DNA of 22,864 nt from Candidatus Hydrogenedentota bacterium. Lineage in GTDB: Bacteria > Hydrogenedentota > Hydrogenedentia > Hydrogenedentales > SLHB01. Of the stretch, positions 1 to 9,128 are shown one piece after another. Position 1 is the first letter of the stretch; the number at the start of each line of letters is the position of its first letter. The position numbers and the translations under genes are program-made. Below the pieces are notes generated by a model, which saw only the letters and a list, made by a program, of their open reading frames with translations, did no database searches and was not told the DNA's origin. Location of the stretch: assembly GCA_045863335.1 (NCBI GenBank), contig BTVY01000071.1:1-22864 (forward strand), given 5' to 3'.

Positions 1-53
1 AGAGGACATTTCTAACGAGTTAAGCCAGAGGACATTTCTAACGAGTCTTGACA
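1..53. mobile_element. Terminal end of an IS1202/ISNCY-like insertion sequence (element extends left of the window)
   Basis: Two perfect 20-bp direct repeats AGAGGACATTTCTAACGAGT (1-20, 27-46) followed by CTTGACA, ending in ACA at 51-53. TGT...ACA ends with subterminal repeated transposase-binding sites are typical of IS1202/IS481-related elements. No transposase is in the window. Confidence 0.7.
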
Positions 54-90
54 AAGTATCTATCCGAACCTACCAATCGCTTAAATCACG

Positions 91-99
91 TGCTATAAT
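91..99 (+). promoter_or_regulatory. Extended -10 sigma70-type promoter for cysC
   Basis: TGcTATAAT, a perfect TGn-TATAAT, 55 nt before the cysC ATG; GGAG/GAGG ribosome-binding site just before 155. Confidence 0.7.
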
Positions 100-154
100 C
101 CGCCTTCTTTCCCGATTTTCTTGAATCCACAACCCAATTTGTATGGAGTGAGGA

Positions 155-766
155 ATGGCTGACAAAGTAAAAGCGACGAATATCACGTGGCATCAGGCGG
201 ATATCACGAAGGAAGACCGCGAAAAGCAGAACGGCCACAAGGCGGTCGTGATTTGGTTCACGGGGCTCTCCGGTTCGGGCAAGTCCACGCTGGCCCATGC
301 GGTGGAAAACGCGCTGCACGAGGCGGGCTGCCGCACCTTTGTGCTCGACGGGGATAACATCCGCCACGGTTTGAACAAGGATCTGGGATTCTCGCCGGAA
401 GACCGCGAGGAGAACATCCGCCGTATCGGCGAGGTGGCCAGCCTGTTTACGCAAGCAGGCGTGATCGCCATGACCGCGTTCATTTCCCCCTATCGCGCCG
501 ACCGCGACAAGGCCCGCGCCATTGCGGGGGAGGGAAATTTCGTCGAGGTGTATGTGAAATGCGCGCTGGACGTTTGCGAAGAACGCGACCCGAAGGGGCT
601 GTACAAGAAGGCGCGCGCCGGCGAGATCAAGGAATTCACGGGAATCTCGGCGCCCTACGAAGAACCCGACCATGCTGAACTTGTAGTGGATACAGGTGCA
701 CAGACGCTCCAGGAATCCGCCGAATCCGTCCTCGCGGCACTACGGGAACGGGGTATTATCGAATAG
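155..766 (+). CDS. cysC: Adenylyl-sulfate (APS) kinase
   Basis: [13 protein letters not shown]-loop, [50 protein letters not shown] signatures. Confidence 0.97.
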   Translation: MADKVKATNITWHQADITKEDREKQNGHKAVVIWFTGLSGSGKSTLAHAVENALHEAGCRTFVLDGDNIRHGLNKDLGFSPEDREENIRRIGEVASLFTQAGVIAMTAFISPYRADRDKARAIAGEGNFVEVYVKCALDVCEERDPKGLYKKARAGEIKEFTGISAPYEEPDHAELVVDTGAQTLQESAESVLAALRERGIIE

Positions 767-816
767 GTTCATCCAGTCGCGGATTTTACTTGAGGAGATC
801 TCCGGTATTTGCGGAT

Positions 817-848
817 TTTGAACCCATCCCCTTGGGGGTGGGTTCAAA
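817..848. terminator. Long hairpin downstream of cysC (probable terminator)
   Basis: TTTGAACCCATCCC-cttg-GGGGTGGGTTCAAA: 14-bp stem with one G-U pair, 50 nt after the cysC stop, followed by only a short T run. Confidence 0.5.
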
Positions 849-872
849 TTTGCACCGCTCAGCCACAATATA

Positions 873-901
873 TTGCGTGCAGCATGGCGTTGTGCTACAA
901 T
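873..901 (+). promoter_or_regulatory. sigma70-type promoter for the 927 gene / ftsA
   Basis: TTGCGT (873-878), 17-bp spacer ending TGc, TACAAT (896-901). Confidence 0.6.
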
Positions 902-926
902 CGACCCCTAAACAGGGGCAAGCACT

Positions 927-3260
927 ATGCGATTCGGCAAGCGTAGTAAGAATCCACTCTCGTGGGGTTGGCGTGGAGCGAGCGTCGTCGAAGCACCGTT
1001 ACCTGAAGAGACCGATGTTTCCTCCAGAGAGTCAACCGAAGTCCAGCCGATCCAGAAACTTGCGATACACAGCCCAGAAGTCCCCACAACCATGGCCCGG
1101 TCCGGAACGGGAGACCACGTCGTGACCAGTGATCCCACGCAACGCCTACTCACTTCTCTGGGACGTTTCCAACGCCACTTCATGAAGGCTCGGGAGGGAG
1201 CACCCCAGGCCCAGTGGTCCGACGAGTGTATGAACCACTTGATTCACGGCGTGGAAATCGCGTTGGAACAGGGCTGGACCGATCTCGTCGAATCGCTCAC
1301 CGAAACGGGCAGGATTCTACAGTCTTACGAGGATGCGGGGCGTGCCAACGAGTGCGTGCCCTTTCTGGCGGAAAGCTACGAGATCATGTGCCTGATGGTC
1401 GGGGACCTTATCGTGGACAAGGTTCGGCCGGGGGTGCTTCGAAAATGGCGAGACTGCTATCAAAACGCCCTGGAAGACCTGTCCGTGGCGGGTTTGCAGC
1501 TAGTTCAGGACGACGATTCAAGCCGATTCCACAGTCATGGTACCGCGGATGCGCAGGCACCGGCGGCAGGAACGCCCGAGACATACGCCGACGAAGATTT
1601 TGATTCGCCGGACCTGGCGTCTGACTTAGCACCGTCGAGTTTCGGGAACTTGGAGGAGTTGCCCCCGTTGACTCCCCTCGATTCGGGCTTGACCCCTGAA
1701 ACGCCGGAGATGCCCTTCTCGTCAGACGACGCCGAGGAAATGGAGTCTCCGTTTGGCGAGCTTGTGATGGACGAAGAGCCCTTCGACGCAACCGATTTGG
1801 CGCCGCCCGAATTTGACGTCCCCCTGGAACCCGGTGCGGATGCGACGGAGGAGTTCTACGCATCGCGAGATGCGGAACTGGATGCCACGGTCTCCGAGGC
1901 ACCCAATTCCGATGCCGGGCACGGACTCGGCGCAGGCGTCGCCGAAACGCTGGACATGTTGTGCGACGGCTTGGCGCGTATCGAGGGCGACCCAAATGGC
2001 GCGCGCGGGACCGTGTTTCTCGCGATCGAGGACGGGCTTGCTTCCCTGCGTGAGTGGGCCGGGCAACAAGGTTGGAGTGGTTCTCTGGCGGCATGCGAGG
2101 CCATGTCCCGCTTGTGCCAGGCTGGGGCGAACCAGGCTGCGCCCCTTGGCGACCGGTTCTTCGAGACCGCTTACGCCTTTGGCGGCGTATACGGCGAAGT
2201 CCAGGACCAAATCGACGACGAAAGCCTTCGCAGTTGGATTGTCGAATGCGATACGTTGATTGGCGAATTGTCGGGCGAGCCCTCGGAAGCAGAGTCGCAG
2301 ACCGAACTGCCGGCCGATTCCAGTGAGGAGATCCCGTTCGAGATTCCCGCGTCGACGGAAGCCACCGAAGACGTGAACCTCGAGATGGAGGTTCCATCGT
2401 TGGAGAACGACGTGCAGGCAGAATCACCGCCTCCTCTGCCGCCGGAACTTCCGGTGGAATCGGATTCCGAGGCGGTCACAGCGGAGAACACGCCGAGCAC
2501 GGCCGCTGCGTCGGGTTCGGACGAGCAGTTTGTCGAAATATCGTCCGCCGTGCCGCCCCCCACCGCGAAGTCGCCGGAAGACGATCCTGCCGCTCATTTT
2601 CTGGAAACCGCGAGGCAGGCCATCGGTTCCGGCGCGACGGCCGACGCCAAGCTGTTCGCCATGCAGGCGGCCGCCAGTATCGCGCAGGCGCAGGCCAAAG
2701 AAGCGGAGTCCCGGGTTCGCCAGGCGGAGATCAGGCTGCAAGAAACGGTCAAGTCCATCGAGAGCGCGCGGGAACAGGTGAAGATTGCCGAAGCCCAAGT
2801 GGAGCAGGCGGAGACGCGCGTCGAAGAAGGGAAAGAACAGCTTGCCGATCGCGGTCGCCATACGCACGGTGTGTTGGGGAGTCTCGAAGGGATTCGATCC
2901 CGGATCGCGGACCTCGACCGCCGGATTCAGGAACTGCAGGCGCAGCGCGACGAAGCCACGCGCCAGCAGTCAGCCGCGGAAGACGCCCTCAATGAAGCGC
3001 GCCAGCAAGAGAGCGATGTGAAATCCCAGCTTGACGAGTTGAAGAATGCCGAGCAGATGGCGCGAGTCCAGCTGGAAGACTCCCGAGGGCAGGTAAAGCT
3101 CTTGCAGCGGAAACAAGGCGAAATCGAGGCGCTCATGGAGCGGGCCCGCGACAGCTTGACCAAATTCCGCGAATCCATGGCGGACATTGACCGGACGATC
3201 GAATTGATTCGGAATGCGGAAACGAGTGCGGCGCTGGAGAACGACGACCTGCTCTTCTAG
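927..3260 (+). CDS. Hypothetical 777-aa acidic protein: two Hpt-like helical domains, D/E/P-rich linkers, C-terminal coiled coil
   Basis: Long ORF with an upstream promoter. Helical segments at aa ~70-195 and ~338-450 share an A-x3-GW motif. Low-complexity acidic linkers, heptad-like A/E/Q/R-rich region aa ~557-770, ends NDDLLF. Start could be the later Met56. Confidence 0.85.
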   Translation: MRFGKRSKNPLSWGWRGASVVEAPLPEETDVSSRESTEVQPIQKLAIHSPEVPTTMARSGTGDHVVTSDPTQRLLTSLGRFQRHFMKAREGAPQAQWSDECMNHLIHGVEIALEQGWTDLVESLTETGRILQSYEDAGRANECVPFLAESYEIMCLMVGDLIVDKVRPGVLRKWRDCYQNALEDLSVAGLQLVQDDDSSRFHSHGTADAQAPAAGTPETYADEDFDSPDLASDLAPSSFGNLEELPPLTPLDSGLTPETPEMPFSSDDAEEMESPFGELVMDEEPFDATDLAPPEFDVPLEPGADATEEFYASRDAELDATVSEAPNSDAGHGLGAGVAETLDMLCDGLARIEGDPNGARGTVFLAIEDGLASLREWAGQQGWSGSLAACEAMSRLCQAGANQAAPLGDRFFETAYAFGGVYGEVQDQIDDESLRSWIVECDTLIGELSGEPSEAESQTELPADSSEEIPFEIPASTEATEDVNLEMEVPSLENDVQAESPPPLPPELPVESDSEAVTAENTPSTAAASGSDEQFVEISSAVPPPTAKSPEDDPAAHFLETARQAIGSGATADAKLFAMQAAASIAQAQAKEAESRVRQAEIRLQETVKSIESAREQVKIAEAQVEQAETRVEEGKEQLADRGRHTHGVLGSLEGIRSRIADLDRRIQELQAQRDEATRQQSAAEDALNEARQQESDVKSQLDELKNAEQMARVQLEDSRGQVKLLQRKQGEIEALMERARDSLTKFRESMADIDRTIELIRNAETSAALENDDLLF

Positions 3261-3359
3261 CTCTCCAGTGATGGCGCGATATCCGCGCAGGACTATTGGC
3301 AGTTCGACTTCAGCACCCGCTGAAATCAGGCGACACGCCACCAACCACAGGGACCCAGT

Positions 3360-4643
3360 GTGCGGAATCGAGGGGAAATCGTAGGGGTAGTCGACTTCGG
3401 GTCCCGCGCCATTCGCGTTCTCATTGCCCGGCGCGAGCCGGACGGCACTGTCCAGATCATCGGCCACGGCACGGCCCCCGGCCACGGCTGCGTATCTCAG
3501 GGCGTCATTCAGGATCGGAATGCCGCTCAGGTAGCGCTGAAACGCGCCCTTGCCGATGCAGAACGGGAGGCGCGCGTGCGTGTGAAGTCCCTGTTCTGCG
3601 GTGTCAATGGCAAGAACGTGGACACCTTCATTCGGGAAGGCAATGTGAAGGTTGAGCGCGAGGTCGTTGAGTTGACGCATATTGCCGAAGCGCGGGACAT
3701 TGCCTCGCGGGACATCCTGGCGGCAGGGAAACGCATCACCTCGTCCATCAGCGCGCAGGAATGGTATGTGGACGACATGCGCGTTATCGATCCCGTGGGA
3801 ATACGGGGCCAGGTGCTGAAGACGCGGGTCCACTTCGCGCGGCTGCCCGGCGTTATCGAAGACAACCTCGTCGCATGTATCGAGTCGCAGAGCCGCGAAC
3901 TCGAAGACATGATCTTCATTCCCGTTGCGTCGGCGCTGGGTTGCCTTACGCCGGAGGATATGGAGCTGGGTGTGGCGGTGCTCGACCTGGGCCGAAGCGT
4001 TTGCGGGTTGGCCGTCTATCGCGATTTTCGCATTCTCGGGACCAACTGTTTCGAGTGGGGCGGGTATCACATTACGCGCGACGTGGCGGCTGGACTCCAG
4101 GTCAGTTTCGAGGAAGCCGACGAGTTGATCCTGGAATATGGGATTTCGGAGGCCTGTATCAACGAGGAATTTGCCGAATCCATGGCCCTCGCCATGCAGG
4201 TGAACGAAGAGCGCGGGGCGCGCGTCAAGCTCAAGACGGCAGTCCCCGGAGCGCCGCCGGTTGTCGATCGCGGCGATCTGGAAATGATTATCTTCGAACG
4301 GGCCAAGGAGCTGCTCATCAAAGTGCGCCAATACCTCCACGCGCGCGGATTGAGCAAACACCTCGTCCGCGGCGTCGTGCTCACGGGGGGCGCAAGCCGG
4401 ATCAAGAATTACACCGCATTGGCGGAGGCGGTCTTTCAAGTGCCTTGCCGAGTCGGACTGCCGAACTCGGTTGAGATCCGGCCCGCGGCCGTGCAGACGC
4501 CCGAGTTTTCCGCGGCCATCGGCATCGTTCGCCACGCGTTGGACTATCGTGATGCCGCTCGTAACGGACGTATCGAGCCGCGCGGTCCAGTCGTGTCGGT
4601 ATCCCGGCGTTTGATGCGGTTCTTCAAGCGTTACTTCCTGTAA
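3360..4643 (+). CDS. ftsA: Cell division protein FtsA (divergent, not in a dcw cluster)
   Basis: Actin-like motifs VVDFGS, VLDLG, GGYHITRDVA, VLTGGAS; FtsA-type SAQEWYVDD...DPVGIRG segment; RVGLP; C-terminal amphipathic helix SRRLMRFFKRYFL. GTG start. Confidence 0.9.
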   Translation: MRNRGEIVGVVDFGSRAIRVLIARREPDGTVQIIGHGTAPGHGCVSQGVIQDRNAAQVALKRALADAEREARVRVKSLFCGVNGKNVDTFIREGNVKVEREVVELTHIAEARDIASRDILAAGKRITSSISAQEWYVDDMRVIDPVGIRGQVLKTRVHFARLPGVIEDNLVACIESQSRELEDMIFIPVASALGCLTPEDMELGVAVLDLGRSVCGLAVYRDFRILGTNCFEWGGYHITRDVAAGLQVSFEEADELILEYGISEACINEEFAESMALAMQVNEERGARVKLKTAVPGAPPVVDRGDLEMIIFERAKELLIKVRQYLHARGLSKHLVRGVVLTGGASRIKNYTALAEAVFQVPCRVGLPNSVEIRPAAVQTPEFSAAIGIVRHALDYRDAARNGRIEPRGPVVSVSRRLMRFFKRYFL

Positions 4644-4703
4644 AACCCCGGTTTATCGGTCGTCGATTACGTCTGCGTTCAGTCGAAATCCGGGCGGGCC
4701 ATC

Positions 4704-4712
4704 TGATACTAT
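4704..4712 (+). promoter_or_regulatory. Extended -10 promoter candidate for glgP
   Basis: TGaTACTAT in the ftsA-glgP intergenic region. Confidence 0.45.
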
Positions 4713-4856
4713 GCCTGACTATTGGGGATTCCAGGGGTATGCAGTCAGTCCACGGCGATCCCTGGAAACATGTGACGAATTGAATCACCAAACGGCCAGA
4801 CGGTCTGGCCCCGGTGCGACTTGAACGGGCGCAAGACGCACTGCAAGGAATGTACG

Positions 4857-7415
4857 ATGCCGAAAGTAAGTACCTATACCGTAGTTCCCAAGATCCCGGC
4901 TCGCCTCGAACGGCTCCGCGACATCGCCAACAACGTCTGGTGGTGCTGGGATCACGAAGCCATCGAGTTGTTCTTTCGAATGGATCGGGAATTGTGGGAC
5001 CGGACGGTTCAGAACCCGGTATGGACCCTCGGCGAGGTAACGCAGGCGCGTCTCGAAGAACTCGAGCACGACGAAGGGTACCTGGCGCAACTCGATCGTG
5101 TGGCGGCCCGGTTGGACGAATACCTTGCATCCAGCCCGTGGCGGGAGCGGTATCCCGACGCGCCGGAGGAGTTTAGCGTTGCATACCTTTCCGCCGAGTT
5201 CGGCTTGCATGAGTCCATCTCGATTTACTCGGGCGGTTTAGGTCTGCTCTCGGGCGATCATCTGAAGAGTGCCAGCGACCTCGGCATTCCCTTGGTGGGC
5301 GTTGGAATGCTCTACCGGGAAGGCTACCATCGCCAGTATCTCAATGCGGATGGCTGGCAACAAGAGCGCTATCCCCACAACGATGTATACAAGATGCCGG
5401 TCACGCTCGTGCGCGATAAAGAGGGGAGCCCGCTGCTGGTCGAGGTGGAGTTTCCGGAGCGTTTGGTGAAAGCGCGCGTATGGCAATGCAATGTTGGCCG
5501 GGTTCCTCTTTACCTGCTGGATACCGATTTTGACGGGAACGACCCTGACGATCGGGAGATCACGGCGCGCCTGTACGGCGGCGACCGCGATATGCGTATT
5601 CGCCAGGAGATTCTTCTGGGCATCGGCGCCGTAAAGATGCTGCACGCGATCAACGTGTATCCCACGGTGTATCACATGAACGAAGGGCACTCGGCGTTCA
5701 TGACACTGCAGCGGATCAAAGAGTTGATGCTGCAGGACGGGCTTACTTACGAGCAAGCCGTCGATGCGGTTAAGGCAGCCAGTGTGTTCACGACTCACAC
5801 TCCCGTATCGGCCGGCAACGACATGTTTTCCCCGGAGATGATTGAGCACTATTTCCACCGGTATTGTGACGAGATCGGGATCGAGATGAATCAACTCCTG
5901 GCGCTCGGCCGCCAGGATCCTAACGACGCCCGCGAGCCGTTCTGCATGACCGTGTTGGCCTTGAAGGTGTCCGCCGCCGCGAATGGCGTCAGCAAACTGC
6001 ACGGCGAAACGGCGCGAAGCATGTGGTCGCGCACGTGGCACGAGATCCCCGATGACGAAGTGCCGATTACTTCAATCACGAATGGAGTGCATACCCGGTT
6101 TTGGGTGTCCCGCGACATGGCGGGACTGTATGATCGCTATTTGGGGCCCGGCTGGGTGAGCAATCCGGCGGACAACGCGATCTGGTCTCGGATTGACGAC
6201 GTTCCGGACGCGGAACTGTGGCGAACGCACGAGCGCCGCCGTGAACGCCTGGTTACGTTTGCCCGGCGCCGTCTCGCCGCGCAATTGAGTAAGCGCGGCG
6301 CCTCAAACGCAGAGATTGCGGCAGCGTCGGAAGTGCTGGATCCCGAGGCGCTCATCATTGGTTTTGCGCGGCGCTTCGCCACGTACAAACGGGCGAACTT
6401 ATTCTTGACCGAGCCGGAGCGTCTGTTGCGTCTTTTGAAAAATGACGGCCGCCCGATTCAAATGATCGTCGCGGGCAAGGCGCATCCCCAGGACAATCAG
6501 GGCAAGGAACTTATCCGCAATATTATCCACTTCGTGCGGCGATTTGATTGCCGAAATCAGATCGTCTTTCTGGAGGACTACGACATCAACGTCGCCCGGT
6601 ACATGGTGCAAGGCGTGGACTGTTGGTTAAACACACCTCGGCGTCCGATGGAGGCGAGCGGAACCAGCGGAATGAAGGCGGCAGTCAACGGTGTGCTGAA
6701 CATCAGTATTTCCGACGGCTGGTGGTGTGAAGCAGAAGAACTTGGCGAGAACGGTTGGACCATCGGTCATGGTGAATCCTACGCGAATCCCGACGAACAG
6801 GATATGGTGGAGAGCCAGATGCTCTATGAGCTTCTGGAGCGGGAAGTCGTACCGATTTTCTACGATCGCAGCCGGGACGGTTTGCCGCGCGAATGGATCC
6901 GGCGGATGAAGTCCGCGATTCGCACGATTTCCCCGGTATTCAGCACCCATCGGATGGTGCAAGAGTATGCCGAGCGCTTTTACCTGCCATGCACGGTTCG
7001 GCGCAACAGCTTGAAGGACAACAAGCGGGCACGTTCCATCGCCTTGACCAAGTGGAAGATGAAGGTGCATTCCTCCTGGTCGAAAGTGCATTTCCTCGAA
7101 GTCGAGTCCGGTCCCACGGAAGGCCTGCTCTACAGCACGTCGCTCCCGGTGAAGGCGAGTCTCCAGCTCGACAAATTGAAGGATACGGACGTTACGGTCG
7201 AGATTTACTATGGCGATGTCGATCCCTACGGCCGGATCACGAACGGCCGCGCCACGGAGATGAAGTGCACGGGGAAATTGGAAGGCGGGATCTTCCAGTT
7301 TGAAGGCGAGATCTATTGCGACAAGACCGGTCAGCAGGGATTCACCGTCCGCGCCGTGCCGACACATCCGGATCTCCATGACAAACACGAGACGGCACTA
7401 ATCGTTTGGGCGTAG
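4857..7415 (+). CDS. glgP: Alpha-glucan (glycogen/starch) phosphorylase
   Basis: [42 protein letters not shown] and the PLP-binding [10 protein letters not shown] motif. ATG 4857 with AAGGA upstream is preferred to TTG 4821. Confidence 0.96.
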   Translation: MPKVSTYTVVPKIPARLERLRDIANNVWWCWDHEAIELFFRMDRELWDRTVQNPVWTLGEVTQARLEELEHDEGYLAQLDRVAARLDEYLASSPWRERYPDAPEEFSVAYLSAEFGLHESISIYSGGLGLLSGDHLKSASDLGIPLVGVGMLYREGYHRQYLNADGWQQERYPHNDVYKMPVTLVRDKEGSPLLVEVEFPERLVKARVWQCNVGRVPLYLLDTDFDGNDPDDREITARLYGGDRDMRIRQEILLGIGAVKMLHAINVYPTVYHMNEGHSAFMTLQRIKELMLQDGLTYEQAVDAVKAASVFTTHTPVSAGNDMFSPEMIEHYFHRYCDEIGIEMNQLLALGRQDPNDAREPFCMTVLALKVSAAANGVSKLHGETARSMWSRTWHEIPDDEVPITSITNGVHTRFWVSRDMAGLYDRYLGPGWVSNPADNAIWSRIDDVPDAELWRTHERRRERLVTFARRRLAAQLSKRGASNAEIAAASEVLDPEALIIGFARRFATYKRANLFLTEPERLLRLLKNDGRPIQMIVAGKAHPQDNQGKELIRNIIHFVRRFDCRNQIVFLEDYDINVARYMVQGVDCWLNTPRRPMEASGTSGMKAAVNGVLNISISDGWWCEAEELGENGWTIGHGESYANPDEQDMVESQMLYELLEREVVPIFYDRSRDGLPREWIRRMKSAIRTISPVFSTHRMVQEYAERFYLPCTVRRNSLKDNKRARSIALTKWKMKVHSSWSKVHFLEVESGPTEGLLYSTSLPVKASLQLDKLKDTDVTVEIYYGDVDPYGRITNGRATEMKCTGKLEGGIFQFEGEIYCDKTGQQGFTVRAVPTHPDLHDKHETALIVWA

Positions 7416-7465
7416 CGGTTACGCTTTCCGGCGTTTTGGCCCGCGTTTTGTCTTCGCTTTTCTGC

Positions 7466-7474
7466 TGGTATACT
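7466..7474 (+). promoter_or_regulatory. Extended -10 promoter for the aroF-scpB-rluB operon
   Basis: TGgTATACT 41 nt before the aroF ATG; GAGG ribosome-binding site. Confidence 0.55.
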
Positions 7475-7515
7475 GCTGCAATCGATTTCAAAAGGCTGGT
7501 GAGGATCCATATACC

Positions 7516-8532
7516 ATGATTATTGTAATGGCCTCTCGCGACCGGGAGGACATCGAGCGGGTCGTCCGCAAGGTCGAGGAGTTCGGCTACCAGGCCCATT
7601 TGATCGAGGGCGTGGAACGCACGGTAATCGGCGCTGTGGGTGACGAGCGCACCAAGCAGCGGCTCCTGTCCCTCGAATCCATGCAGGGAGTTGAGGCAGT
7701 CGTCCCTATCCTCAAGCCCTTCAAGTTGGCCGGCCGTGAACTTCGCCATGAAGATAGCGTGGTGAATGTGAACGGTGTGAAGATCGGCGGGGCCTACTTC
7801 TGTGTGATGGCCGGGCCCTGTTCCGTGGAAAGCCGGGAGCAGATCCGCGAGACCGCCCAGGCGGTGAAGGAATGCGGCGGCAACATGCTGCGGGGCGGCG
7901 CGTATAAGCCGCGCACATCGCCATACAGTTTTCAGGGGCTGGAAGAGGAAGGGCTGAAACTCCTTCAGGAAGCGAGCCGTGAATCCGGGCTCCCCTTCGT
8001 GACCGAGGTGATGACGCCGGAGCAGGTGCCGTTGGTGGAGTCGTACGCGGACATGCTGCAGATCGGCGCGCGCAACATGCAGAATTTCGGATTGCTGAAG
8101 GCGGTGGGCAAGACGCGCAAGCCGGTCTTCCTCAAGCGCGGCATGATGTCGACAATCAACGAGCTGCTCATGTCGGCGGAGTATGTCATGTCCGAAGGCA
8201 ATCCGAACGTCGTGTTGTGCGAACGGGGCATCCGGACCTTTGAAACCGAGACGCGGAACACCTTCGATATTTCCGCCGTCCCGGTGCTCAAGAAACTGAC
8301 CCACCTGCCGGTGGTCGTCGATCCGAGCCATGCAACGGGACACTGGGACTTGGTGATCCCAATGGCCAAGGCGGCCGTCGCGGCGGGGGCCGACGGGTTG
8401 ATGGTCGAGGTGCATCCGCGGCCCGTCGAAGCGTTTTCTGACGGGGCGCAATCGCTGAAACCAAAACGATTCCGGGAACTAATGGAAGGCATCCGGCCTT
8501 ATCTCGAATTGGCCGGTAAGACGTTGGGGTAA
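7516..8532 (+). CDS. aroF: 3-deoxy-7-phosphoheptulonate (DAHP) synthase, type I-beta with N-terminal regulatory domain
   Basis: [59 protein letters not shown]. Confidence 0.96.
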   Translation: MIIVMASRDREDIERVVRKVEEFGYQAHLIEGVERTVIGAVGDERTKQRLLSLESMQGVEAVVPILKPFKLAGRELRHEDSVVNVNGVKIGGAYFCVMAGPCSVESREQIRETAQAVKECGGNMLRGGAYKPRTSPYSFQGLEEEGLKLLQEASRESGLPFVTEVMTPEQVPLVESYADMLQIGARNMQNFGLLKAVGKTRKPVFLKRGMMSTINELLMSAEYVMSEGNPNVVLCERGIRTFETETRNTFDISAVPVLKKLTHLPVVVDPSHATGHWDLVIPMAKAAVAAGADGLMVEVHPRPVEAFSDGAQSLKPKRFRELMEGIRPYLELAGKTLG

Positions 8533-8534
8533 CG

Positions 8535-9122
8535 ATGGCGGAGCAAGAAGTCGAAGAACTGAACGATGACTCACTTGATGAGCCTGTAGAGTCGCTGGGA
8601 CGGGACGAAACGCGCAAGGCACTGCACGCGCTATTGTTTGTCAGCGACCGCCCCTTGAGCGCCGAACGCCTGGCCGAAGCGATGGGCGACATCGACCGCG
8701 ATGTGGTGGCGACCTTGCTGGACGAGCTGCGCGAGGAACTGGATGCGCTGGGGGCACCCTACCTGCTCCGCGAAATCGCGGGAGGGTATCAGCTCACGAC
8801 CAAAGGCGATTACGCACCCTACATCCGCCGCTTGCTTCAGATAAAGAAGAGCAACCGATTGTCGCGCGCAGTATTGGAGACGCTTGCCATCATCGCGTAC
8901 AAACAGCCGGTCACCCGGTCGGAAGTGGAAGCGGTGCGGGGCGTCAGCGTATCGCACGCCTTCGATATCCTTCAGGAAAAACGATTGATCAAAGTGGCCG
9001 GCGTCGCGGAGGTGCCGGGCCGTCCCCGACTGTATCGCACCACGGAAGAGTTTCTCGTGCATTTCGGCATCAAGAGCCTGAAAGAGCTTCCCTCCATCGA
9101 GGAACTGCGCGAGACGGGATAA
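8535..9122 (+). CDS. scpB: SMC-Scp complex subunit ScpB
   Basis: ALLFVSDRP, AGGYQLTT, LSRAVLETLAIIAYKQPVTRSEVEAVRGV, PGRPRLYRTTEEFLVHFG. Confidence 0.96.
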   Translation: MAEQEVEELNDDSLDEPVESLGRDETRKALHALLFVSDRPLSAERLAEAMGDIDRDVVATLLDELREELDALGAPYLLREIAGGYQLTTKGDYAPYIRRLLQIKKSNRLSRAVLETLAIIAYKQPVTRSEVEAVRGVSVSHAFDILQEKRLIKVAGVAEVPGRPRLYRTTEEFLVHFGIKSLKELPSIEELRETG

Positions 9123-9128
9123 GCTCCC

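Noticed and set aside
1-46. CRISPR array
   Set aside because: Only two 20-bp repeats with a 6-bp spacer and no cas genes; fits an IS end better.
48-76. Hybrid promoter from the IS-end TTGACA
   Set aside because: The hexamer 17 bp downstream (TACCAA) lacks the conserved final T, and the perfect TATAAT is 40 bp away.
2970-4535. 521-aa antisense ORF and other long overlapping ORFs (e.g. 7342-8451, 8631-9899, 18775-19836)
   Set aside because: Shadow ORFs of well-supported genes in GC-rich DNA, with no recognisable motifs.
4715-4767. H-type pseudoknot (CTGACT/AGTCAG crossing the 4729-4767 stem)
   Set aside because: The predicted TSS near 4719 would remove most of the 5' arm, and a 6-bp match is weak.
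4771-4789. CRP-like site upstream of glgP
   Set aside because: TGTGA and TCACC are 9 bp apart rather than 6.
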